Positions 1 through 11,525 of a stretch of 64,000 bases of DNA are shown here, in pieces (within the stretch, counting starts at the first letter, position 1; every line of letters begins with the position of its first letter). The notes below the pieces were generated by a model that did no database searches, was not told the origin of the DNA, and saw only the letters and a program-made list of their open reading frames with translations. The DNA comes from Octopus vulgaris (Eukaryota). Both the position numbers and the translations under genes were made by a program. The DNA is taken from positions 123,814,001-123,878,000 of the forward strand of contig OX597816.1 of NCBI GenBank assembly GCA_951406725.2, written 5' to 3'.

Positions 1-1139
1 ATGGCCTGGAGAACTATTATAAACAGTAGGAGGTTAAGAGCCAAGCTCTGATAAATATCAGCTTGCCTCTAAATTCAATTCTAAGTTCAAAGCTAACTCT
101 AAACCTGCTGACAGTATCTCTTTCAATGGTTTGTATGTCTTTCACAAGCAATTTTCTACATATAGTAACCACTAGATTAAATAACATGATAACATGATAC
201 CTTGTCAAAAATCTATTCCATGTCAAAGAATGCTTGGTATAATAATTTGCTCTCTTCTAAGAACTCCTGTAGTTGCCTTACTAGGAAGTGGCAAGGATGT
301 TTGTACAAGGATGAAGTACAATCTCATCTAAGTGAATTTTCTAGTTAATTAACTGTGCTAATTACATCATGCAAATATCTTTCAAAACTTTTACATATCT
401 TCAGAGACCAATGAACTCTTACAATATATCTGTTTGTTTAGACCAACACATCATGATTTAAAGATATTTTTCAAATTATAAATCAAAGAAGGAGAGAAAA
501 TTTAATTTTCTATGATTTCAAAAAAGCTAAAACTTATTTCTGATAGCTCTGAGCAAGATAAAATATTTTAGCATTACTGTGTATGTAGACAAGAGATACT
601 TATTCAACCTGGTGTTGGTGTCACATATATGCTGCAATGTACTGGCTGTCATGCAATTAAGATCTTTCATGATGTAACCAGTTGTTTTTCTCATTTAAAC
701 ACCCCATGTTAAAAATTAGACAGAAATTAAACAAAAATTTGATAAATTTTACTTTTATTTTTAAAAAAACGAGAATTTTATGAATATTTTACAAAATGGA
801 AAAAAAAACACCACCATACAATCATGTGTTAATTTACAAATTTGTTTGAAATTAAATATCGTTATAAAATTTTTGCTTCTGAAAACTGCTGCGAATTTAA
901 GTAAATTAAGTTAAATTGCAAAATGTCCAAATATAGCTTGAATGACAAAATTTTATTACACATTACTAGTGAGTATATCTGTGTGTATGTGCATGTATGT
1001 GATTAAATGACAAAGGAACAGGAAATCTTGCAATGAGTTAGAATAGCTTACAACTGTTTCCGTTATGGGATGTAGTGCACCCAGAGGAGAGTGCTTGTGC
1101 ACTTTATAGCTTCTTAAATATATATAGTGCAATCTGTGG

Positions 1140-1285
1140 AGTGGTTAGTGTTAGAAAGGGAATCCAGCCATAAAAACCATGCCAAACAGACATTGAAGCC
1201 TAGTGTAATCTTCTACCTGGCTAGCTCCTGTCAAACCACCCGACTCATACCAAAATGGAAGGTGGATATTAAACGATGATGATAA
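1140..1285 (+). mobile_element. SINE/RTE-type 3' tail fragment ending in (GAT)n
   Basis: GGTTAGTGTTAGAAAGGGAATCCAGC...TTAAACGATGATGAT is a diverged copy of the tail seen at 5878-6030, 6297-6445, 7267-7410 and 47060-47212. Confidence 0.55.
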
Positions 1286-1288
1286 GGA

Positions 1289-1329
<41 letters not shown>

Positions 1330-1957
1330 CATATATATAAAATGGCGATTTGACGTCTATGTTTAGCATATAGGGTGTCCACTTTAGTGGTCATTCCTCT
1401 AAATTTTGTATGTAACACAATTTCTAATCTTTGGATTTTTTAAATATGCTAAGCCACTGGTTTTAATTGATTAGCATCAATTTCTACTCTTTTTATTTTA
1501 TTTTATATAATATATATATATATACGTGTACATCCATGGTTGCATATATATGTGCATCTCTTGGTGTATGTGTGGGTGCACATGTGTGTGTTTCATGCGA
1601 GTGTGAGTGAGCATATGCATATAGGCATATGTATGTGGGTGTGCGTGCGCACATGTGTATGTATGTACATGCATGCATACGCGATTGCTTTGAACATTTT
1701 AACTCCTTTACTTTTTACTTCCTCTCCTTCAGTTCTTTCTCTTATTTAACGGTCATTTTCATAGCATATTTTGATTACCTCAATAACTGAAGAAATGCCA
1801 GTGTGAGTTTCTGCCCCAACATCCAAAACTCGGAGTTTCATTATGTCAACCGAATAATTGTCACATATTATATTATATATATATATATATATATGCATGT
1901 ATGTATTTATGTATATATATATATATTTATATATATTCATGTATGTATATATATATA

Positions 1958-2170
1958 GTTAATCCAAGCAAGAAAACACAAAAAAACACAACAACGCGAG
2001 GATGTGGAACAAATATAGTATTATTGGACGCTCAGGAAAGAAGGGAAGAAGGAGGGTTTAACGTTTCGAGCAGAGTTCTTCGTTGGAAACATAGGAGAAG
2101 GAAAGATCTAGAGAAGGGAAGACAGAGGAAAAAAAATCGCCAATGGTACACACGAGGTCACATTTTGAAA
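1958..2170 (-). mobile_element. Penelope-type pseudo-LTR relic with degenerate minimal hammerhead
   Basis: Short segment between two (TA)n tracts. Minus strand 2058-2088 reads CCAACGAA-GAAC-TCT-GCTC-GAAA-CG-TTA, a decayed CUGANGA/stem II/GAAA-CG-UH pattern. Confidence 0.35.
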
Positions 2171-2417
2171 AATATATATATATATATATATATAATCAAT
2201 ATAGGGTGGCAAAAAAAATTTTGTAGAATTCTTTTGCCACCAGCGGCCTAGTAGGAAAAAATTAAATAGTCATAGACCATTTTTAAGTTTAACATCAACA
2301 ATCAAGGAACGGCCATAATAGGCCATTCACCCACTAGAAATAACAGCCAAAGCTTCAACCGCAAATAAAAGTCAATTCTGTAAACCAGGAGAAAATTTAA
2401 AAAACATTTACCCTGTA

Positions 2418-2524
2418 ATTTCTTATACGATATACCGTTTCATCTGCTGATTAATGGTAAACCAACCTGATTAAATTAAATCAAGCCAATCTTCCACAGG
2501 CCCTCAGATTCCTCAGTAAGAAAT
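2418..2524 (-). ncRNA. Type I hammerhead ribozyme (unit 1)
   Basis: Minus strand: AUUUCUUA-CUGAGGA-AUCUG-[58-nt structured insert]-CAGAU-GAAA-CGG-UAUA-UCG-UA^UAAGAAAU. Perfect 8-bp stem I, 5-bp base of stem II, stem III A-U/C-G/G-C/G.U, intact core, GUA cleavage triplet (cut between 2426 and 2425). Confidence 0.9.
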
Positions 2525-2909
2525 AGCCCAAGTCGGAACAGATATTTGCACGAGGCATTTCCGACCTTGCCAAGTTTATATCTGACCTAAAATTTTCAAA
2601 TCGTCGCACTCGCGCCAAATTTATCGGCAGCAAATAAATATAAGCCGTCGATTCCATTACGGAATTAACCAGAAAATTCATAATTAATCAATATAGGGTG
2701 GCAAAAAAAATTTTGTAGAATTCTTTTGCCACCAGCGGCCTAGTAGGAAAAAATTAAATAGTCATAGACCATTTTTAAGTTTAACATCAACAATCAAGGA
2801 ACGGCCATAATAGGCCATTCACCCACTAGAAATAACAGCCAAAGCTTCAACCGCAAATAAAAGTCAATTCTGTAAACCAGGAGAAAATTTAAAAAACATT
2901 TACCCTGTA

Positions 2910-3016
2910 ATTTCTTATACGATATACCGTTTCATCTGCTGATTAATGGTAAACCAACCTGATTAAATTAAATCAAGCCAATCTTCCACAGGCCCTCAGA
3001 TTCCTCAGTAAGAAAT
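2910..3016 (-). ncRNA. Type I hammerhead ribozyme (unit 2)
   Basis: Identical to 2418-2524, offset 492. Confidence 0.9.
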
Positions 3017-3401
3017 AGCCCAAGTCGGAACAGATATTTGCACGAGGCATTTCCGACCTTGCCAAGTTTATATCTGACCTAAAATTTTCAAATCGTCGCA
3101 CTCGCGCCAAATTTATCGGCAGCAAATAAATATAAGCCGTCGATTCCATTACGGAATTAACCAGAAAATTCATAATTAATCAATATAGGGTGGCAAAAAA
3201 ATTTTGTAGAATTCTTTTGCCACCAGCGGCCTAGTAGGAAAAAATTAAATAGTCATAGACCATTTTTAAGTTTAACATCAACAATCAAGGAACGGCCATA
3301 ATAGGCCATTCACCCACTAGAAATAACAGCCAAAGCTTCAACCGCAAATAAAAGTCAATTCTGTAAACCAGGAGAAAATTTAAAAAAACATTTACCCTGT
3401 A

Positions 3402-3508
3402 ATTTCTTATACGATATACCGTTTCATCTGCTGATTAATGGTAAACCAACCTGATTAAATTAAATCAAGCCAATCTTCCACAGGCCCTCAGATTCCTCAG
3501 TAAGAAAT
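3402..3508 (-). ncRNA. Type I hammerhead ribozyme (unit 3)
   Basis: Identical to 2418-2524, offset 984. Confidence 0.9.
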
Positions 3509-3893
3509 AGCCCAAGTCGGAACAGATATTTGCACGAGGCATTTCCGACCTTGCCAAGTTTATATCTGACCTAAAATTTTCAAATCGTCGCACTCGCGCC
3601 AAATTTATCGGCAGCAAATAAATATAAGCCGTCGATTCCATTACGGAATTAACCAGAAAATTCATAATTAATCAATATAGGGTGGCAAAAAAAATTTTGT
3701 AGAATTCTTTTGCCACCAGCGGCCTAGTAGGAAAAAATTAAATAGTCATAGACCATTTTTAAGTTTAACATCAACAATCAAGGAACGGCCATAATAGGCC
3801 ATTCACCCACTAGAAATAACAGCCAAAGCTTCAACCGCAAATAAAAGTCAATTCTGTAAACCAGGAGAAAATTTAAAAAACATTTACCCTGTA

Positions 3894-4000
3894 ATTTCTT
3901 ATACGATATACCGTTTCATCTGCTGATTAATGGTAAACCAACCTGATTAAATTAAATCAAGCCAATCTTCCACAGGCCCTCAGATTCCTCAGTAAGAAAT
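3894..4000 (-). ncRNA. Type I hammerhead ribozyme (unit 4)
   Basis: Identical to 2418-2524, offset 1476. Confidence 0.9.
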
Positions 4001-4884
4001 AGCCCAAGTCGGAACAGATATTTGCACGAGGCATTTCCGACCTTGCCAAGTTTATATCTGACCTAAAATTTTCAAATCGTCGCACTCGCGCCAAATTTAT
4101 CGGCAGCAAATAAATATAAGCCGTCGATTCCATTACGGAATTAACCAGAAAATTCATAATTAATCAATATAGGGTGGCAAAAAAAATTTTGTAGAATTCT
4201 TTTGCCACCAGCGGCCTAGTAGGAAAAAATTAAATAGTCATAGACCATTTTTAAGTTTAACATCAACAATCAAGGAACGGCCATAATAGGCCATTCACCC
4301 ACTAGAAATAACAGCCAAAGCTTCAACCGCAAATAAAAGTCAATTCTGTAAACCAGGCGATTCCATTACGGAATTAACCAGAAAATTCATAATTAATCAA
4401 TATAGGGTGGCAAAAAAAATTTTGTAGAATTCTTTTGCCACCAGCGGCCTAGTAGGAAAAAATTAAATAGTCATAGACCATTTTTAAGTTTAACATCAAC
4501 AATCAAGGAACGGCCATAATAGGCCATTCACCCACTAGAAATAACAGCCAAAGCTTCAACCGCAAATAAAAGTCAATTCTGTAAATTACAGGGTAAATGT
4601 TTTTTAAATTTTCTCCTGGTTTACAGAATTGACTTTTATTTGCGGTTGAAGCTTTGGCTGTTATTTCTAGTGGGTGAATGGCCTATTATGGCCGTTCCTT
4701 GATTGTTGATATATATATATATATATATATATATTTGTACTTTGTATATGGCAGATGTCTACTAGTGCACTCATAAAAGCTCCTATGCTACTTCTTGTTG
4801 GCTGCCATATGTTATTCATAGCCTGCCAAGTTAACTCCATGGAATTGTTATGTATGCAGTACCCTGTGTAGCATCAGATAAATA

Positions 4885-5160
4885 TATTAATGATGAGAAC
4901 TATTTCACTAATGGAAATATTATTTTTGTCAATGGCTTGCTAGATATGTTTCGGCATGACATGTCTTCGGCTTGAAGAGTTATGTATGTCGAATTATTGG
5001 GCACCTATAGGGTCCATGGATACTATAGATAATATTTAATAATATTCTGTGGATATGGTGAGATGATCCCATAAAAATGCATGTCATGCTGAAACATGTG
5101 TAGTAATGCATTAATAAAAATATAAAATTTCTATCTGTGAATTGTTTCTCATTATTAATA
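4885..5160. repeat. Imperfect ~80-bp inverted repeat pair
   Basis: TATTAATGATGAGAA...ATGTTTCGGCATGACATG (4885-4963) versus CATGTCATGCTGAAACATG...TTCTCATTATTAATA (5080-5160). Confidence 0.6.
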
Positions 5161-5172
5161 CATGTATATATA

Positions 5173-5568
5173 CTCTTTTACTCTTTTACTTGTTTCAGTC
5201 ATTTGAGTGCGGCCATGCTGGAGCACCGCCTTTAATTGAGCAACTCGACTCCGGGACTTATTTTTTGTAAGCCTAGTACTTATTCTATCAGTCTCTTTTG
5301 CTGAACCGCTAAGTTACAGGGACATAAACACACCAGCATCGGTTGTCAAGCAATGCTAGGGGGACAAACATAAACATACACGCACACATATATATACATA
5401 TATACGACGGGCTTCTTTCAGTTTCCGTCTACCAAATCCACTCACAAGGCTTTGGTCGACCCGAGGCTATAGTAGAAGACACTTGCCCAAGGTGCCACGC
5501 AGTGGAACTGAACCCGGAACCATGCGGTTGGTAAACAAGCTACTTACCACACAGCCACTCCTGCGCCT
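5173..5568 (-). mobile_element. tRNA-derived SINE (well-preserved copy)
   Basis: Minus strand starts GGCGCAGGAGTGGCTGTGTGGTAAG (A-box-like), then GGTTCCGGGTTCAGTTCC (B-box-like), and ends in a (AGTAAAAG)n tail. Homologous copies at 13014-13410, 13420-13945, 16740-17120, 20000-20165 and 63895-64000. Confidence 0.8.
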
Positions 5569-5584
5569 ATGTATATATACATGC

Positions 5585-6030
5585 ACGTAAAATACACCAA
5601 TCCGACCGTACGACAGGCACCCATGCCAACCCCCTTTGCTTGCGAAGACATGTTGGGGCAAGCGAAATTGAAATCGAAATCGAATTGAACCAGCCAGGAT
5701 CCCTGGTCTGGTGGTACGTAAAAAGCACTATCCGACTCGTGGCCGATGCCAGTACTGCCTCGACTGGCTTCCGTGCCGGTGGCACATAAAATACACCAAT
5801 CCGACTGTGGCCGTTGCCAGCCTCGCCTGGCACCTGTGCAGGTGGCACGTAAAAAGCACCCCCTACACTCACGGAGTGGTTGGCGTTAGGAAGGGCATCC
5901 AGCTGTAGAAACATTGCCAGATAAGACTGGAGCCTGGTGCAGCCTTCTGGCTTCCCAGATCCCCGGTCGAACCGTCCAACCCATGCTAGCATGGAGAACG
6001 GACGTTAAACGATGATGATGATGATGATGA
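5585..6030 (+). mobile_element. SINE-like element with internal GGCAC subrepeats and RTE-type (GAT)n tail
   Basis: Repeated GGTGGCACGTAAAAAGCAC modules, then GGTTGGCGTTAGGAAGGGCATCCAGCTGTAGAAAC...GGACGTTAAACGATGATGATG. Confidence 0.7.
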
Positions 6031-6139
6031 TATATATATATATATATACACATATATATATATATATATATATACTAGCTGAAGGTGACTCGCTCTATGC
6101 GTGGGTAAGAGTGTGATTGTTACTTTCTGTTGCTTCCTT

Positions 6140-6445
6140 TCAGCATGTAAAAAGCACCATCCGAACGTGGCTGATTGCAGCGCCGTCTTGACTGGCTTCT
6201 GTGCCAGTAAAAAACACCAACCGATCGTGGCAGGTGCCAGCCCCCCTGGCACCTGTGCCGGCGGCACGAAAAAAGCACCCACTACGCTCACAGAGTGGTT
6301 GGCATTAGGAAGGGCATCCACCTGTAGAAACACTGACAGATCAGACTGGAGCCTGGTGCAGCCTCCTGGCTTCCCAGACCCCGGTCAAACTGTCCAACCC
6401 GTGCTAGCACGGAAAACGGATGTTAAACGATGATGATGATGATGA
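6140..6445 (+). mobile_element. Second copy of RTE-tailed SINE-like element
   Basis: Aligns with 5700-6030 and ends in (GAT)n. Confidence 0.7.
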
Positions 6446-6939
6446 TTCTCCCTCTTTGTTTCTCTCTCCTTTCTCTCTCACTTTCCCCACTCACTTACTC
6501 TTCCTTTCTCTCGGACTCTCCCTCGCTTTCACTTACTCTCTATCTTTATCTATCTCTCTCCCATTTATAAACAACAAAAGATCTTGAGTAAGTTGCGAAA
6601 TAAAATATTTAGAAAGATCAATCATAAATATCAGGCAGTAACAACTGAAAAGTCTGCTTCAAGGCAGACAGCAAAACACTAACATTTAAAAGGGACAGAC
6701 GAACTTGCGAGCTGAATAAAAATAATAAAATATTGGAAACCAAAGTCTTCAACACAGAATCTCAACCATCCCATTTATATTCTGATCCCTGTCCCTTGTG
6801 AGTGTACCTTGCACTTTGCCACCATCTGTATCCTGCTGTCTCCCACTCTCTCTCTGTCCTTTTCCTGCACTTCTCTCAGGTTGGGTAATCATGCATCTCC
6901 TTTGTAGCAACATACTTGTTTTTGTCTTCTTTCCTGATC

Positions 6940-6970
<31 letters not shown>

Positions 6971-7099
6971 TCAGCTGGGTAACCTTGTACCTCCTCTACA
7001 GCAAGACACCTGTTTCTGTTTCACTATAACTTTTCATCATCTGACACAAGATCACCTCCTCCAATGCCCCTCTCCTCTCAAAAGAGTTTTTTTTTTGTT

Positions 7100-7410
7100 T
7101 TGCAAGTTACTTGGTGATCCTGTCAGTGTAGATGCCTCTTAAAAAGCATCCAGTCCACACTGTTAAGAAGCTGGCATTTGGAAAGGCATCCAGCTGTAAA
7201 AACCTTGCCAAAATTGACTTGCCTGTGCTTGTGCCACATTAAAAGTACTAAGTCAATTCTGCTGAGTGGTTGGTGTTAAGAAGGGCATCCAGCTCTAAAA
7301 ATCCTGCCAATACAGTCATAGAAGTCTGGTGAAGGCTTCTGCTTTGCCAGCTCCTGTCAAACCATCCCACCCATGCCAGCTTCGCAAGCAGATGTTAACC
7401 GATGATGATT
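7100..7410 (+). mobile_element. Diverged RTE-tailed SINE-like element
   Basis: Two GGCATCCAGCT modules and CCCATGCCAGC...GATGTTAACCGATGATGAT end. Confidence 0.5.
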
Positions 7411-8001
7411 ATATTTTCTATTATATTTCCACAAAATTGTATAAACATAGATACATACATACATTCACTAGTGTAGCTAGAGTATGTGCCACCCGGGGTG
7501 GCCCTTCTGCTTACCATCCCTGGACCCCACAAAAAACACACACTGCCTACAGCAGATCTAAAAGTGCCACTTGAGGCACACTGTTCCTTCCACGTCCCCA
7601 GCTATGCCAGTTTATACATGTATACAGGTATGTTTTGACCAAAGATTGGCCCAGGCCATGTATAACTTGATAACACCACCTGATAGGATTTGCTAAATCC
7701 TTTTTTAAGTCAAGGTTTGTGATATCATGGCCGTTCAAGTTGGGAGTTCTTGTTGAGTGAGTTGTACATATATTTTATATTATATTTCCACAAAATTTTA
7801 AACACAGTGTAACAGCCCATCCACAAGCCTCCAAAATGCACACAGGGTAAAAAATGTTCTTGAAGGATGTTTTATAATTTACATTTACATAACATGTTTC
7901 TGCAGCAAAATTTTCAAATACAGTTGGAAGTTCAATATTTTCAGATCTATATTGGCAAGTGTCAGTTGTTAATTTTTGTTTTTAATTGTTTCTGTTTCAA
8001 G

Positions 8002-8045
8002 GCATCATTTGAAAAGGATCTGTCAGATCAAAATGAAACAAAAGA
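8002..8045 (+). other. Possible 44-nt host micro-exon
   Basis: T-rich tract ...TTGTTTCTGTTTCAAG| then GCATCATTTGAAAAGGATCTGTCAGATCAAAATGAAACAAAAGA then |GTAAGA. Splice signals only, no homology evidence. Confidence 0.2.
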
Positions 8046-8109
8046 GTAAGAATAAAACTATATACTTTATTAAAATTGCATTCTATGTTCTATGGCTTTC
8101 AAACTTTTG

Positions 8110-8916
8110 TTCAACTATGTATGCTTATTTATGTATCATGTATATGCATGTATGTAATTCATGTATATGTGTATATATTGCATATATATATATATATATG
8201 TATATTTATATATATATATCTCCACACACATGCACACACATATGTACTGTATATAAGTGTGTACATATACACACACATGTATGCACACATATACACACAC
8301 ACATATTTAATATATGTATATAATATATATATATATATACAATGTATATATATATACACACATATGCAAATATATCTATGCATGTGTGTATATATATATG
8401 TATATATATCTATCTATATATACGTATGTATATACATAAATATATATGTGTATGTATATATATATTTATGTGTATATATATATATATGTATAAGTATGTA
8501 TGTATGTATGTAAGTATATATATATGTATGCAAATATATCAATGTATGTGTGTATACACACACACACTTACACACACATATATATATGTAACATATATGC
8601 TTGTGTGTGCATGCGCATACATTTATTAGGTTGACTTGGAGCTATACAACAAGAACCTAATTAATTACATGAGAAACCAGTATATTTGTTACATAACCTC
8701 ATGTTCTCAACACCTTTGCCACTTTTCATGATAGAATTCCCTGCTGTTATCTATTTCATGTGCCTTTATTCTCTCTTATTTGCACTTCTAATTTCTCATT
8801 TGAATTGTCTTTTTCTCCTTACTTATGCATTCAGTTTATGCATATGCAACTCTGTTTGTATGTAAGTAAATGTTATTAATTTATGTATGTATGTATGTAT
8901 GTGTTTGTACATGCGT

Positions 8917-8957
<41 letters not shown>

Positions 8958-9060
8958 TGAGGATACATACATACATACATACATACATACATACATACAC
9001 ACATACATACATACATACATACATACATACACACATACATACATACATACGTACATACAC

Positions 9061-9106
<46 letters not shown>

Positions 9107-9210
9107 GGACGGATAGATGGATACATAGATAGATATAGATATATACATATATATATATATATATGTAAGAATACATGTACTTACGTGTGTGTATATGTAC
9201 ATATGCATAT
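8110..9210. repeat. Compound (TA)n/(CA)n/(TACA)n microsatellite region
   Basis: Directly visible; source of many spurious YI/MYVC ORFs. Confidence 0.9.
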
Positions 9211-10014
9211 TTAGGCATGGAATCTAGAAAGTTAAACCATGTGTTCGTGCCAATCTAATGCTTTTTCTCACATCATGTTAAAGACTTGTAATAGGAAACT
9301 TCAGCAAATGGGCGAGTGAGGATTTACCAACTTCTCAATGATACCTTACAAGCTGAAAGCTAGTTAACAAGATATAGAAGAAAGTGTTAATTAATTTATT
9401 AACTGCATATAGTAATCAGTATTTGAATGCAGATATCATCATCAACATCATCATCATCATCGTTATCATCGGCGGCGTCATCATCATCATTCAACCTCTA
9501 TGTTTCACACTGGCATGGGTTGGATAGTAGGGCACTGATTAATTAATTGCTTTGTTTAACACCACCATGTTGTACTTCAGTGGAATCTGCTTTGTTGCAA
9601 TCATTTAGATGATGTATCTGGTCAGACCATAATGTCGTCCTACCAGTCACCAAAGTTCTGATAAGATTCATTGAGCACTAATCTTCTTTTGATTAAGCAA
9701 TAAAAGAAAAATTATCAGGGTCATACCTTTATTTAGAATATCATCTCAAGATGCTGGGACAAAATGCAGAAGAATCACAGCTCAATAAGGTATTAGGTAG
9801 AGCAAAGAGTAAAGAAACTACCTGTCCAATAATTGGAGACTTAAACTTCAGACAAAATACTTTGCAATAAGACATGCACAGTCAATAGATATTTTCTACT
9901 GATTTTCTATTAGGAAGCTATGACTTCCAAAATTATTCGAGGGTTCTCCCATTTGTGTCTGGTGCTGACAAAAGCCTAAGGAGCTTGAAAGAGTGCAGGA
10001 AGTGTGCTATGGAT

Positions 10015-10400
10015 TGGAACAAGTAATAATCTAAAAGAGCTAAGTCTGGATTATATACTGGGTGTAACATCAGTTCGATTCCCTCAAGTTCCTTGAGTTT
10101 ATTCTGGGTTGCTCAAGCAGTGTGAGGTCTTGCAGAGTTCATACCAGGTTGTTCAAGCTGTATGAGGTCTTGCATTGTCTTGCTGTAGAAGAGTTCACTT
10201 TCTGTTAATCAATGCTGGGTATTTTTGCTGAACAATATCATTCATCTGCTCCAGCTGTTCAAAGTACAAGTTGGCATCAATATTTTGACCATCTGGAAAG
10301 AATTTGTCATGAATTATCCCCTTGTAATTCCACCAATGTAGAGCATCACCTTGTGCTAAAAAAAACCTATGTTTGGTGATAGATTCCAGAAGCTGACCCT
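10015..10400 (-). pseudogene. Decayed mariner (Tc1/mariner DD34D) transposase fragment
   Basis: Minus strand WWNYKGIIH...IDANLYFEQL...LINRK*TLLQQDNARPHTA, followed by a degenerate YSPDL-like region; stops and frameshifts. Confidence 0.75.
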
Positions 10401-11302
10401 TACTTAAACACTGCTTATGCATGCTAGAATTGCTGAAAAATGATCTCCCCCAGATTATTCCTTGTTCCAATCCATGGCTTACTTCCTGTGCTCATGATGC
10501 TTCAACAACCAACATAAGATGGAAGCTTCAGTGTAGGAGTTGTTCAACTCAAAAGACAAGAATTGGTATCAGCATTGGATCAGAGAACTGGCAGAAAGAT
10601 GTCTTCCAACAGTGCAACACAATGACCTCTACTTTGAATGTTAGGCTGCTTTTGTTGTAACTTGATAAATAAAGCAAATAAATTACCAAACTATTACAAA
10701 CCTTTTGGCTCAAAAAAATACCTCATTGTCCACAATGTCTACTGTTGTTTTAATAACTCTGCCTAAAGCGAGAATCTTGAAATATCTCTATGGTAGGTCA
10801 ATGTGAAAATGTTTCTTATTACAGGTCAAATATATAACAAACATATTTGAGCTGATCTAGAAATTTGTGTATTCCACAACACTGCTCTGTGTGCCAACTA
10901 CATAATCTATTTGAGTCTCTTGACCATTGCTTATAGTCAGTAATTATTCTCTACTAATTTTCGACAAGCAAGCGATGACTATCAAAGTCATTTCAGGGGT
11001 GTTTGGTGACTGGTGCTGATGAAAACAATCAACAGAAAGAGAGCAAGAGAGAAAGAAAGAGGTTAGACATAAAATAAATTGTACAGGCCCCTGAATGGGA
11101 AGACAAAAGACATTGTCTATCATGCAGCTCTGCAATAAGTTCCAAATCAAGAAATTATATCATTGTTTTGATGAAAATTGTTCATTGCTTGAAAAATATT
11201 GGTCAAGTTTAATAAAATTTAATATGTACTCAATGCATGAACTGTTGTTGTTGGGCCCAAAGCCAAATGAAGAGCCTTCCACAAGAGCTAGATTTTAAGC
11301 TA

Positions 11303-11361
<59 letters not shown>

Positions 11362-11482
11362 AGCCAAAATTGCGAGGATAATCTGGTGCTTGACTGGGGA
11401 AAGAAAACTATCATCTATCTGGATGTTTTGTTGTCCCATTTTTGTATCACCTAGCTGTCCAGATGATTTGTGTTCTTGTCCC

Positions 11483-11525
<43 letters not shown>

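Larger units (their letters stand above)
2193..4710 (-). mobile_element. Retrozyme-like tandem array: 492-bp unit with hammerhead ribozyme; 4 full units, a deleted unit, a partial unit and an inverted fragment
   Basis: Units start at 2193, 2685, 3177, 3669, 4161 (259-bp internal deletion, junction 4357/4358) and 4394 (partial, to 4585). Segment 4583-4710 is the reverse complement of 2294-2421. Units differ only in homopolymer lengths. (TA)n flanks both ends. Confidence 0.85.

Noticed and set aside
2481-2681. 66-aa ORF repeated in each 492-bp unit; 492 is divisible by 3, raising the possibility of an endless ORF on a circle
   Set aside because: The ORF is short, has a stop, has no recognisable motif and overlaps the ribozyme. 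No frame stays open across units in the ORF track, so rolling translation is not supported.
2193-4710. CRISPR-like or simple satellite interpretation of the array
   Set aside because: No variable spacers; the intact hammerhead, terminal inversion and (TA)n junctions fit a retro-transposed RNA better.
8076-9218. Numerous 60-150 aa ORFs rich in Y/I/M/V/C/H/T (also at 13.4, 16, 20, 40, 49, 56 and 63 kb)
   Set aside because: Translations of (TA)n, (CA)n, (TACA)n and (CT)n microsatellites.
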